Below are positions 31,597 through 40,847 of a stretch of 64,000 bases of DNA, one piece after another. The translations under genes were made by a program, and so were the position numbers. The notes below the pieces were generated by a model that was not told where the DNA came from, made no database searches, and saw nothing but the letters and a program-made list of their open reading frames with translations. Positions within the stretch are counted from its first letter, which is position 1. Every line of letters starts with the position of its first letter. Origin of the DNA: an uncultured delta proteobacterium (GTDB lineage Bacteria > Desulfobacterota > Binatia > UBA9968); NCBI GenBank assembly GCA_963755715.1, contig CAVWLW010000032.1:64001-128000 (forward strand). Direction: 5' to 3'.

Positions 31597-31727
31597 GATC
31601 ACACCTCGAAATAGAATCGAGGCGAATAGTATCAAGCGGCGGTGAAGAGCGTCAACCGGTTAGACCGAATAGGCAGATTTGTTCGCGTCGCGGCGGAGAA
31701 GGTCGCCGAATTAAATCAGCTCGGTGA

Positions 31728-32987
31728 TCAATTTTCCGGACATTTGCCGGTGGTGAGGTGGGCTGCGAAATCGGCGGGAAAAAGTTTTAGTGCGCTCTCG
31801 ATCGGCGGACCGGGCATCCCGATGAGGCTACAAAACCCTTTGCCTTTATTGAAGGCCAGTATTTTTCCGAACTGCTCTAAGATCGGCTGACCGCCTTGTC
31901 CCGCCTGGACTTTCTTTAGCATCATCGTCAGTGTGCTGGTCTCCATGCGACAGGCGGGACATTGGCCGCAGGATTCCGCGGTGAAAAATTCCGAAATCTT
32001 CAAAACTTCTTCGACGATGCAGGTCCCTTCGGGAATCAAGCGAACGACGCCGCATCCGAGCGCCGAGCCGGCGTCGCGCATCGAGTTGGGATCAAGGGGC
32101 GTGTCGATCTTGTCGGCTGGCAGAAACGCCGACGACGGCGCGGCCGGCATGATCGCTTTTATTTTTTTGCCGCTTTTCATGCCGCCGCCGCATTCTTCGA
32201 TCAGATAACGCAACGGCATGCCGAACGGCAGCTCATAAACTCCCGGCCGATTGACATCGTCGTTCAACGAAAAGATCATCGTCCCAGAACTCTCGGCCGT
32301 GCCGAACTTGCGATACCAGTCGGCGCCGCGCAAAACGATCGGCGCGACATTGGCGAGGGTTTCGACGTTGTTGACCAACGTTGGTTTACCGAACAAACCG
32401 ACGGTGACGGGAAAGGGTGGTTTTTGCCGCGGCCAAGCTTTCTTTCCCTCGATGACTTCGATTACCGCCGTATCTTCCCCGGCGACGTAATTATGCGGCG
32501 CAGCTGTGACTTCAATGTCCAGATCAAAACCGCGGCCGAGAATATTTTTTCCTAAGTAGCCGGCGTTTTTGGCCTCGGCAATCGCGTCATTGATGCTCTG
32601 GGTCGCAGCGTCGTATTGGGCATTGATATAGAGATAAATCTTCGTTGCGCCGATCGCATAGGCCCCGAGAATGGCGCCCTCGAGCACCAAATGGGGTAAG
32701 TTCTCGAGCAATACTCGGTCTTTTTTGCTGCCCGGTTCGTCTTCGCCGCCGTTCACTACCAGGTAGCGCGGCTGCTCGGGGGCTTCGCGCGTGAATTGCC
32801 ATTTTTTTCCGGTGGGAAAACCCGCGCCGCCGCGGCCGCGCAGACCGGCGTCCGAAACTATTTTGATGAGCTCTTCCGGAGATGCCTGGAGCGCTTTGCC
32901 GAGCGCCTCGTAGCCACCTCGACTGCGATAAGCGCTTAAGCTTTCTCTTCCCTCGGGCACACCGTGCGGGAAAAGGATGCCTTCCAT
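31728..32987 (-). CDS. Stand-alone NuoF/HoxF-like FMN-[4Fe-4S] NAD(P)H oxidoreductase subunit
   Basis: GLRGRGGAGFPTGKKW, NGGEDEPGSKKDR, YVAGEDTA, PTLVNNVETLAN, ESCGQCPACR...GFC; no other nuo genes in the window. Confidence 0.92.
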   Translation of the reverse strand: MEGILFPHGVPEGRESLSAYRSRGGYEALGKALQASPEELIKIVSDAGLRGRGGAGFPTGKKWQFTREAPEQPRYLVVNGGEDEPGSKKDRVLLENLPHLVLEGAILGAYAIGATKIYLYINAQYDAATQSINDAIAEAKNAGYLGKNILGRGFDLDIEVTAAPHNYVAGEDTAVIEVIEGKKAWPRQKPPFPVTVGLFGKPTLVNNVETLANVAPIVLRGADWYRKFGTAESSGTMIFSLNDDVNRPGVYELPFGMPLRYLIEECGGGMKSGKKIKAIMPAAPSSAFLPADKIDTPLDPNSMRDAGSALGCGVVRLIPEGTCIVEEVLKISEFFTAESCGQCPACRMETSTLTMMLKKVQAGQGGQPILEQFGKILAFNKGKGFCSLIGMPGPPIESALKLFPADFAAHLTTGKCPEN

Positions 32988-32990
32988 GGA

Positions 32991-33314
32991 CTAGAAAACC
33001 CCCGTGTCGAGAAGTTGATAGATCAACTCTTTCAGGGAAGAGTCGATCGTGTCGAGCCGCTGAACGTGCGGCCCGCCGGCCAGATGCTCGGTGATCTCGT
33101 CGAGGTCCTCCACCTTCACTTTGGCGTACCAGTTCTTTTCTGGGTAAAGCACGATGTTGGGACCTTCCTGGCAAGCGCCGAAGCACATATAGGACTTCAC
33201 CTCGACGTCGGTCAGCCCTTTATCGTCGATCCGTTTTTGCAGTTCCGTCATGAGCTGCTCCGAGCCACGCGATTTACAATCTATATTCTGGCAAACGAGA
33301 CACACTCGACTCAC
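32991..33314 (-). CDS. Thioredoxin-like [2Fe-2S] ferredoxin (NuoE C-terminal-domain-like)
   Basis: CQNIDC...CFGACQEGP(N)IVLYPEKNWY; AGGAG RBS and GTG start; 3 nt from the NuoF-like start. Confidence 0.9.
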   Translation of the reverse strand: MSRVCLVCQNIDCKSRGSEQLMTELQKRIDDKGLTDVEVKSYMCFGACQEGPNIVLYPEKNWYAKVKVEDLDEITEHLAGGPHVQRLDTIDSSLKELIYQLLDTGVF

Positions 33315-33382
33315 GGGGTTTCTCCTTGTGTTCTACTTACTCGTGCGCAAACGGAGATGCAATAAGCCGACGGCCGGCCAAG

Positions 33383-34490
33383 TTAATTCATCTGTAACTG
33401 GGTTACCCAGTCTTTGCCTTCTATGATTTCCGCCAGGATGCGTTCATCTTCTGGCGTCGGAAGAGCATCGCTCAGGTGCTTTTGATACTCCTCCGGGGTT
33501 AATGACTCCCCGGTCACGCTGTACGTTTTGCCAACATACTCGCCGATCGAGCGATTGAATTTGAGATCGGGCGCATAGAGCTTCGGTTGGTCTGCGGGAA
33601 TCAATTGATTGAGTTGGTCGATGAGTTTGCCGCTTTCTGTCATGTAATGAGAGCGCGCCAAATCATTCAATCTATCCTTCTCAGCGGGCAACGGTAGCCT
33701 CATGTTCGTCGAAGCGACCTTTCAACCCCCAGGTGTAAGTCCAGTGCGCCGACGACGAATGATCCGTCCCAAACAGATCGTAGGCGGTCGACAGCCACTT
33801 ATTAAAGTATTTTTGCATGATCGGTATCGGGATCTTGCCGGCTCTCAAAATGCGCGTTAATCCCGTATGGCCGGTAAACATGTGAAAAAATTCTTCCTTC
33901 AACATCGCCGTGACGCTTTCTGCCAACGGCGCAAAGGCCGAATGGGAAAGCATCGTTAACTGATATTTACCGTCGCGATCGACAAATTCGGTGTAGGTGA
34001 AAAAGTCTAGCCAGTTATTAACCGGCGCATTGAACGACCCCAGCAGCCGGTCGCCGCGGAAGGCGCGTCGCTCAAGGAGCTTGCGCGCCTCCAACTTCCC
34101 CGAATCGCCGAAATAGTTCACCAGCAAGTAACACATCTGCCAGCCATGACGCATTTCCTCGCTGTTGACGCGGGTGAGCGCTTGCCGGTCGTATTCAGTC
34201 GGCGCGGTATCGAGGAGATTTTTCTGCTGCTCGACCGAGGCGAATTCGGTATCGCCCTGGTAGACGATCAGATTCATCAAGGCATCGCGTATGGATTGAT
34301 TGGGAATCTGCGTGAGCCGTTGCCATTTCGCCTGACCTTTAAAGTCGCCGAATTCGATCTCAGGGGAGTGCAATTCGCCCAGCTTGGTTTCAAACTGGTA
34401 ATTGCCAAGTAGCGCTGGATCGTAGCCAATATCCTGTTGCCATTGACGAAAATAATCTACCCAGTCTTCGAAAGTTGAAATTTTGACCAT
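33383..34490 (-). CDS. BoxB/PaaA-like diiron (ferritin-like) acyl-CoA oxygenase/epoxidase, ~368 aa; single-base frameshift near 33690
   Basis: QGDTEFASVEQQ, EEMRH, FVDRDGKYQL, SAFAPLA, MLKEEFFHMFTG, DLFG..SS.A...WGLKGRF parallel the BoxB motifs QGDTEPASVEQQ/EEGRH/DRDGKFQL/EEAHH. Removing 1 nt joins ORFs 33681..34490 and 33383..33703. Confidence 0.88.
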
Positions 34491-34511
34491 GACAATTCCT
34501 CTCGGTTATAG

Positions 34512-34529
34512 TTCGAACGATCGTTCGAA
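34512..34529. promoter_or_regulatory. Perfect 18-bp palindrome TTCGAACGATCGTTCGAA, candidate TetR-type operator
   Basis: Exact inverted repeat 21 bp upstream of the BoxB-like start, covering the predicted transcription start. Confidence 0.7.
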
Positions 34530-34533
34530 AATA

Positions 34534-34562
34534 AGAATAACCTTTGATGGTCAGTAAATCAA
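34534..34562 (-). promoter_or_regulatory. Putative sigma70 promoter TTGATT-17-TATTCT for the BoxB-like operon
   Basis: -35 at 34562-34557, -10 at 34539-34534, 17-bp spacer. Confidence 0.55.
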
Positions 34563-34574
34563 CCCCAGGAGCAA

Positions 34575-36980
34575 CTAATGATACATTTCGAGCAACTCGA
34601 CCATGCCGAGCTCACGCGTTTGCTCGAATAAATATCTTTTAATTTCACCGACTTCATCCATTTCGAGAACGATTTCGGCAACGGCTTTGGCGCCTTGATA
34701 ACTAATCGAGCGAATCGCTTTCTTGATGACCGGAATGTAAAGCGAGCCCGTGCTGAACTCTTCCAGACCCATGCCGAGCAGCAAGATCGCGCAAAGCGGG
34801 TCACCCGCCATTTCACCGCACATGCCCACCCGTTTCCCCTCCCGTTTGCCAGCGGCGATAGTCGAGTTCAGGGCGGCCAGAACCGCGGGGTGCAACGGTT
34901 CGTATAGGTTTGCCACCTTGCGATTGCTGCGATCGACGGCGAGGAGGTATTGGATTAGATCGTTGGTTCCGATACTCAGAAAATCAACTTCGCGTAGAAA
35001 ACGGTCGGCGAGTTGGACGGCGGCAGGCACTTCCACCATAATGCCGAGCTCCATCTGCCGATCATAGGGGGTGCCTTCCCGATCGAGCTCATGCTTGGCT
35101 TCGGCGAGAATTTCTTTGACTTTCTGAATTTCTTCGAGACTTGAGATCATCGGAACGAGCAGCCGAACTCGACCGAGATCACCGACCCGGAGAATAGCGC
35201 GCAACTGGGTTTTGAAGATCTCTTCGACTTCCAGCGAAATGCGGATCGAACGCCAGCCCAAAAATGGGTTTGGCTCGGCTGTCACGCTGCGCATGTAAGT
35301 CGGGTATTTATCCGCGCCGATGTCCAAAGTTCGAATGGTCACCGGCCTGCCCGCCATAGCTTCGACGACGCGGCTGTAAAGGGAATACTGCTCCTCTTCG
35401 CTCGGAAAGTCTCGATGCGATAAAAACGGAATCTCAGTTCGGTAAAGACCGATGCCTTGGGCGCCGTGGAGTTGGGCAAAAGCCACGTCGCTGAGTAAAC
35501 CGATATTCGCGTAAAGCGAGACGCGGCGGCCATCGGTCGTTTCTGCCGGCAAATTCTTGAGCTCGCCGAGCTCACGGTTCAGCTCGGCATAGTCGCGTTC
35601 TAAGCGGTTGTATTCGCGGATCACTTCCGGATTCGGATTGACGTGCACATTCGCGGCGTTGCCATCGATGATCAGCATATCGCCTTGATGAACCGACTCC
35701 ATCAATCCCTCGATAGCGACCACGGTTGGGATCTCGAATGATTTCGCCAAGATTGAAGCGTGTGAAGTGACGCCGCCGGTCGCGAGCGCGATGCCCTTAA
35801 ACTTATCTCCTTCAAGCATGCTGAGATCTGCCGGCGAGAGATCTTCCGCGACCAAGACTGCGTCGTCGGGAATATTGTAGGGCTGGTCCGACAAGCCGTT
35901 GAGATTTTCCAGCAGCCGTTGCGCCGCGTCCCTGACATCGGTGGTGCGCTCGCGCAGGTAGGGGTCGTCGATTTTCGCGATCGAATCCAAGTAACGTTCA
36001 AAAACCACTCTGATCGCGTATTCGGCCACATATCTTTCTTTTGAAATCTGGTTTTCGATTTGCTCAATCAGCGCGGGGTCTTCTAAAATCAGGCGGTAAA
36101 CGTCGAAAATCGCGCTTTCCTCTTTGGAGATCAAAAAGTTCATGCGATTCTTGACCACGTGAACCTGTTCGATGCCGCGCTCCACGGCGCCGCGAAAGCG
36201 GTTGATCTCGCGCTGCGGGTTTTTTGCGAGTTTCTTCTTGATCGCACTCAGATCCATGCGCGGCTCCAAAACGAATGCTCGGCCCCGGCCAAATCCCGGC
36301 GATGCCGCCAGGCCGTTTAAACGACCGCGCCAGCCCTGTTTGGTTTTAGCGGTTTTTTCGCGACGATTACCCTCGTAGGAGCGCAGTTTGCGCATCGCCT
36401 CGTTCATGCGCTTTTCAAATTCCTTGCGTTCCTGCTCTTTGCTCTTCAGGGAGTCGGCGAGGCGCGCTTGAACCAGAATGCTCGCCGCTTGCCCCGAAAT
36501 CGTCGTGAGCAAGCGAATTTCATCGCGGGAAAATTCGCGCCGCCTCGACGTCTGCACGACCAAGACGCCGAGCGGTATTTTTTGTTGAAACAGCGGCACG
36601 CCGAGAAAAGAGTGAAAATGCTCTTCATGCGTTTCCGGGAAATATTTGTAGCGCGGATGTGCCAGCGTATCAGCGACCATCACCGGCTTCATGCGCTCAA
36701 TCACCAAGCCCGTTAGCCCTTCGCCTATGCCCATCGAGACTTTGTCGACCGATTCCTGGTCCAAGCCCATGGTCGCGCGCAAGGTCAGACGGTTGGTGTT
36801 GCGGTCCAGGATGTAAATCGAACAGACTTCGGTCTGCATTCTTTCGGCTACGGTGGCGACGATCCGCTCGAGTGTCTCCTGCAGGTTATGCGAATGGCTG
36901 ATCAGGGCGCTGATATCCTCAAGGATATCGAGGTGGGGCGGAGTGTTACGGTTCGGTTTTTTTGTCGGTCTCTTCGCCAT
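34575..36980 (-). CDS. ptsP: Phosphoenolpyruvate-protein phosphotransferase with N-terminal GAF domain (EI-Ntr type)
   Basis: GAF domain (EVCSIY...GEGLTGLV...HPRYKYFPET...SFLGVP), phospho-His GGVTSHASILA, GIGLYRTE, EPNPFLGWRSIR, SIGTNDLIQY, MCGEMAG. Confidence 0.95.
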   Translation of the reverse strand: MAKRPTKKPNRNTPPHLDILEDISALISHSHNLQETLERIVATVAERMQTEVCSIYILDRNTNRLTLRATMGLDQESVDKVSMGIGEGLTGLVIERMKPVMVADTLAHPRYKYFPETHEEHFHSFLGVPLFQQKIPLGVLVVQTSRRREFSRDEIRLLTTISGQAASILVQARLADSLKSKEQERKEFEKRMNEAMRKLRSYEGNRREKTAKTKQGWRGRLNGLAASPGFGRGRAFVLEPRMDLSAIKKKLAKNPQREINRFRGAVERGIEQVHVVKNRMNFLISKEESAIFDVYRLILEDPALIEQIENQISKERYVAEYAIRVVFERYLDSIAKIDDPYLRERTTDVRDAAQRLLENLNGLSDQPYNIPDDAVLVAEDLSPADLSMLEGDKFKGIALATGGVTSHASILAKSFEIPTVVAIEGLMESVHQGDMLIIDGNAANVHVNPNPEVIREYNRLERDYAELNRELGELKNLPAETTDGRRVSLYANIGLLSDVAFAQLHGAQGIGLYRTEIPFLSHRDFPSEEEQYSLYSRVVEAMAGRPVTIRTLDIGADKYPTYMRSVTAEPNPFLGWRSIRISLEVEEIFKTQLRAILRVGDLGRVRLLVPMISSLEEIQKVKEILAEAKHELDREGTPYDRQMELGIMVEVPAAVQLADRFLREVDFLSIGTNDLIQYLLAVDRSNRKVANLYEPLHPAVLAALNSTIAAGKREGKRVGMCGEMAGDPLCAILLLGMGLEEFSTGSLYIPVIKKAIRSISYQGAKAVAEIVLEMDEVGEIKRYLFEQTRELGMVELLEMYH

Positions 36981-37054
36981 TGGCTGCGGCGCAGCGCCGC
37001 GCTTTCTATAAAACACAATTCGCGCTTCTTCGCTAGGGAGCGACTCCGCTGCGT

Positions 37055-38113
37055 TTATTGTTGGAGCGGCCGCGATCCGCGCCGGCGAAAGTGCGGCGCT
37101 CGGTCGGGCGCGAAAAATCCAGGAAGAGGTTCGCCGCACGGACAGCGATCACCGTGGAGATTGTTCTCCAAGATCTCGTGCCAAGAGCGGCGGATCAAGG
37201 CTCGAGAGCAGGCCGAACAGTAGGTCGTTTGTCCTTCGTCGTCGTGGACATTGCCGACGTAGGCGAATTTGATGCCGGATGATTTCGCGATCTGGCGCGC
37301 GCGCGCGAGGGTCGTCGCTGGTGTGCGTGGTTTATTGGTCAACTTAAAATCCGGATGAAACGCTGTGAAATGCACCGGCACGGCATCGCCGAGGTGGTTA
37401 ACGATCCACTCGCAAAGCCGCTTGGTTTCATCGGGATCGTCGTTTTCGCCGGGGATCATCAGGTTGGTGATCTCGAACCAAATGTCCGTTTCGTGTTTGA
37501 GCCAATTGAGCGTAGCGAGCACCGGATCGAGGTGAGAGAAGGTCAGTTTGTGATAGAAGCGTTCGCTGAAAGCTTTGAGATCGACGTTGGCGGCGTCGAT
37601 ATGCCGAAAGACTTCCGGCCGGGCCTCGGGCGTAATGTAGCCGGCGGTGACCATGACGCTTTTGAGCCCGCGTTCACGCGCCACATGCGAAATGTCGATG
37701 ACAAACTCGCCCCAGATCACCGGATCATTATAGGTGAAGGCGATCGCGGGCACGCGGTGTTTGAGCGCGAGCTGGACGACTTGTTCGGGGCCGATCTGAA
37801 GGCTCTGCGCTTCGTCGAGCTTGGCCTTGCTGATGCTCCAGTTCTGACAAAAGCGGCAGCCCAAGTTGCAACCGGCCGTGCCGAAGCTCAAGATTTCGCT
37901 TCCCGGTAAAAAGTGATTGAGCGGTTTCTTTTCGATGGGATCGATGGCGAAGCCCGTCGACGTTCCATAACCGAGCGAGTACAGCTTGCCGCCGATGTTC
38001 TTGCGAATGTAGCAAAAACCAGCTTGGCCCTCGCCGATGCGGCAAAAGCGCGGACAAAGCGTGCAGAGTGCCTTGCCGTCGCCCTCCGCATGCCACCAGA
38101 GCGCTTCCTTCAT
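37055..38113 (-). CDS. amrS: AmmeMemoRadiSam system radical SAM enzyme
   Basis: CTLCPRFC...GFC, DPIEKKPLNHFLPG, GCNLGCRFCQNWSIS (CxxxCxxC), FTYNDP, HFTAFHPDFKL, YVGNV. Confidence 0.92.
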   Translation of the reverse strand: MKEALWWHAEGDGKALCTLCPRFCRIGEGQAGFCYIRKNIGGKLYSLGYGTSTGFAIDPIEKKPLNHFLPGSEILSFGTAGCNLGCRFCQNWSISKAKLDEAQSLQIGPEQVVQLALKHRVPAIAFTYNDPVIWGEFVIDISHVARERGLKSVMVTAGYITPEARPEVFRHIDAANVDLKAFSERFYHKLTFSHLDPVLATLNWLKHETDIWFEITNLMIPGENDDPDETKRLCEWIVNHLGDAVPVHFTAFHPDFKLTNKPRTPATTLARARQIAKSSGIKFAYVGNVHDDEGQTTYCSACSRALIRRSWHEILENNLHGDRCPCGEPLPGFFAPDRAPHFRRRGSRPLQQ

Positions 38114-38204
38114 GAGGAAAATATCCCGCTTTTGACGCGGCATGGCAAGGGCGAAACGTGGATAGCCGGTCCGGATTTTCTTTTGATTGTGTTATAGTTC
38201 GACT

Positions 38205-38616
38205 ATGGGTGGAATCGCAGGACTAAAAGGCATGCGTCATGTCGCCCTCAAAGTTAAGAACGTGGCGCGATCAAAAAAGTTTTATCAAGAAATCCTCGGC
38301 ATGGACGTGGTCTGGGAGCCCGATGCCGAGAACGTGTATCTTTCGTTCCGGCTGCGACAACATTGCGATCCACGCTGTCTCGGCAAATTTCGCGGCGAGC
38401 GCGGAAGAAAAGCAATTGGATCACCTGGGCTTCATCGTCGAAAGCACCGAGCGGGTAAAAGAATTGGAACAGGAGTTTATCGCCAAGGGGGTGCGCATCG
38501 TTCACCCGTTCAAAGCGCACCGCGACGGCAGCGCGTCGTTTTACTGCGCAGACCCCGACGGCATCGTGATCCAGATGCTTTACGAGCCGCATTTGAGCAT
38601 GCAAAGGATCGAGTGA
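38205..38616 (+). CDS. VOC/glyoxalase family protein; frameshift near 38345
   Basis: GMRHVALKV...FYQEILGM, then LDHLGF...HRDGSASFYCADPDG in the next frame. Confidence 0.82.
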
Positions 38617-38679
38617 CTTCAAGGGCAGCTCAATCGTAAAGTGTGCTGGCAGGCGGCAAGCTACAGCGCCGATTCTCTG

Positions 38680-38860
38680 TAAGTATTTTTCATCAAATTC
38701 ACTGCGACAACGGCTTGACCGGTATCGGCGCTGCGTCGATCATTGTTTCCTCCGAGATTGCTGAGTTCGAAGAGCTTGACGGCGATCTTGTCGAAGGGTT
38801 CGAAGTTGCCGATGGCGCGGTCCGTGTTCCTACCGGGGCCGGCTCGGCGTCAGCTGATGG
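38680..38860 (+). pseudogene. Internally deleted remnant of an enolase-superfamily (mandelate racemase/MLE) gene
   Basis: N-domain motif QIHCDNGLTGIG lies only ~20 codons from the C-terminal motif DLVEGFEVADGAVRVPTGAG; the TIM barrel is missing. Confidence 0.5.
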
Positions 38861-38982
38861 CTTAAGATTCCCGGCCCTTGACGCTCGTTGCGTACATCGA
38901 TTAACGTTCTTCCGACTAAGTTAACCGCAAGGCAATCTGATCGCGCAAACCGATAGGGAATTCGCGACGAGGAGAAGGCGCT

Positions 38983-40671
38983 ATGTATGATCTCTTGTTA
39001 AAAGGCGGCAGGATTTACGACGGCTCGGGCATGCCGAGTTATAACGGTGATGTCGGTATTAAAAACGGCAAAATCGTCGAGATCGGCCGGCTTAAAGAGA
39101 GCGCGACACGGACGCTCAACGTCGATGGTTTAGCCGTGGCGCCCGGATTTATCGATCCGCACACCCATCTCGACGCGCAGTTATTTTGGGATCCGCTCGG
39201 CACTTCGTCTTGTTTTCATGGGGTGACGTCGGTGGTGCTTGGCAACTGCGGTTTGAGCTTGGCGCCGGCGAAAGCGGAAAACCGCGACGCTGTGATCAAG
39301 AGCTTCGTGCGCGTCGAAGCGATCAGCCGGAAGGTGCTCGAAGAAGGCGTGCAGTGGAAATGGATTTCAACGGCTGAGTATCTTAATGCGCTCGGGAGCC
39401 GCCTCGGTATCAATGCCGCCGCTTTGATCGGCCATATCGCGGTGCGCCATTACGTGATGGGCGAAGAGGCCGTCGAACGGCAGGCGACAGCGCAAGAAAT
39501 CGCCGAGATGAAAGATCTCGTGCGCCAAGGCATGGAAGCCGGCGCCGTCGGGTTTTCGACCAATCAAAATCCGCGCCACATCCGTGAAGACAAAAAACCC
39601 GTGGCGAGCCGTCTCGCCTCCGACGACGAGCTTGGATCGCTGCTCGACGTTTTGGGCGAAATGAATTCCGGTGTCGTGCAGTTGAGCGGCGGCGGCGCGG
39701 ACTCGCGCGGCCGTATCGCTTACGCTGCGGCTATGGCGCGGCGCACCGGTCGGCCAGTGTTATGGCAGAGCATCAGCCATAGCTGGAGCCGGCCCAATCA
39801 TTGGCAAGAGATGCTCGCCAACACGGAACGGGTCTTCAAAGAAGAAGGATTGCCGATCTACGCCATGACCCAGGCCAAACCTTTTCAAAACCGCTACACC
39901 TTGCGCGACGCCCAGTGCTTCGACGAATTTCCAACGTGGAAGGCCGCAATGTTTAGCCCGCTTGCGGCGCGCCGGCAGATGTTTGCCGATCCTGAGCTTA
40001 GAAAAAAATTGCGCACCGAAGCGATCGAGGATTCTTCTCCGTCGGTTTTTCCAAGACGCTGGGATGTTGTCTTCGTCGACCACGTCAAGCTGGCGCAGCA
40101 TAAATCGCTCGAAGGCAAATCGGTGGAAGAAGTTGCCAAAGCCGCAGGCAAAGACGGCCTCGATTTCTTTTTGGATCTATCGCTCGAAGAAGATCTTGAA
40201 ACGCGCTTCGTTCATACCAATACCCAAGGCGACGCAAAAGCGGTTTGCGAAATTCTCAAACACCCCGCCGTGATGATCGGACAGTCCGACGCGGGCGCGC
40301 ATATGGGCTATGACGCGAGATTCGGATACAGCACGGCGTTTCTCGGTCGCTGGGTGCGCGATCATGGGATCATGTGCTTGGAGGAAGCCGTCGGCAAACT
40401 TACGTTTCGCGTCGCTTCGATTTTTGGTTTGAGCGATCGTGGTTTGCTGCGCGCTGGTTTTGCCGCGGACGTCGCGGTCTTCGATCCGGCGACTGTCAAT
40501 ACATTAGAACCGGAGTACGTTCAGGACTTGCCCGGCAATGAAACGCGCATGATTCAAAAAGCCACGGGCGTGCCGTACACGATAGTCAACGGCGAGATTG
40601 TAATCGAGAACGGCGCCGCCACCGGCGCGTTGCCGGGAAAAGTATTGAGACGCAAAGCGCGCGAGAATTAA
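38983..40671 (+). CDS. Amidohydrolase, N-acyl-D-amino-acid deacylase family
   Basis: YDLLLKGGRIYDGSG, PGFIDPHTHLDAQLFWDP, GVTSVVLGNCG, SDAGAH, DLPGNETR; GAGGAG RBS. Confidence 0.93.
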   Translation: MYDLLLKGGRIYDGSGMPSYNGDVGIKNGKIVEIGRLKESATRTLNVDGLAVAPGFIDPHTHLDAQLFWDPLGTSSCFHGVTSVVLGNCGLSLAPAKAENRDAVIKSFVRVEAISRKVLEEGVQWKWISTAEYLNALGSRLGINAAALIGHIAVRHYVMGEEAVERQATAQEIAEMKDLVRQGMEAGAVGFSTNQNPRHIREDKKPVASRLASDDELGSLLDVLGEMNSGVVQLSGGGADSRGRIAYAAAMARRTGRPVLWQSISHSWSRPNHWQEMLANTERVFKEEGLPIYAMTQAKPFQNRYTLRDAQCFDEFPTWKAAMFSPLAARRQMFADPELRKKLRTEAIEDSSPSVFPRRWDVVFVDHVKLAQHKSLEGKSVEEVAKAAGKDGLDFFLDLSLEEDLETRFVHTNTQGDAKAVCEILKHPAVMIGQSDAGAHMGYDARFGYSTAFLGRWVRDHGIMCLEEAVGKLTFRVASIFGLSDRGLLRAGFAADVAVFDPATVNTLEPEYVQDLPGNETRMIQKATGVPYTIVNGEIVIENGAATGALPGKVLRRKAREN

Positions 40672-40847
40672 CAACGGCCGTTGTGGCGATGTCTTTAAAG
40701 ACCTACAGATAAAAATCGCCCTGAGAGATTTTTGCTGGATTCGATGCGTATCTCTCCGGTTCGGTAATCTCTTCCTTATTGTTCTTTTTTTCCTGCCTTT
40801 AAATCTGTTTCGATTTTCCAACCTCCTGATGGCACTAACTTTTTTTG

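Noticed and set aside
31728-33314. Fragment of a respiratory complex I (nuo) operon
   Set aside because: No nuoA-D or nuoG-N nearby, the ferredoxin lacks the NuoE N-terminal helical domain, and the NuoF motifs are divergent.
33681-33683. TGA in the BoxB-like gene as selenocysteine or readthrough
   Set aside because: The C-terminal part is in another frame, so readthrough would not restore it; one extra base explains the break.
36981-37139. N-terminal extensions in the ORF track (ptsP from 37139, PH protein from 1537, Mo subunit from 44182, VOC from 3153)
   Set aside because: They overlap neighbouring genes or promoters; downstream starts fit domain boundaries and RBSs better.
40830-40845. 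Second sigma54 site TGGCACTAACTTTTT
   Set aside because: It lacks the -12 GC dinucleotide; the perfect site is at 40848.
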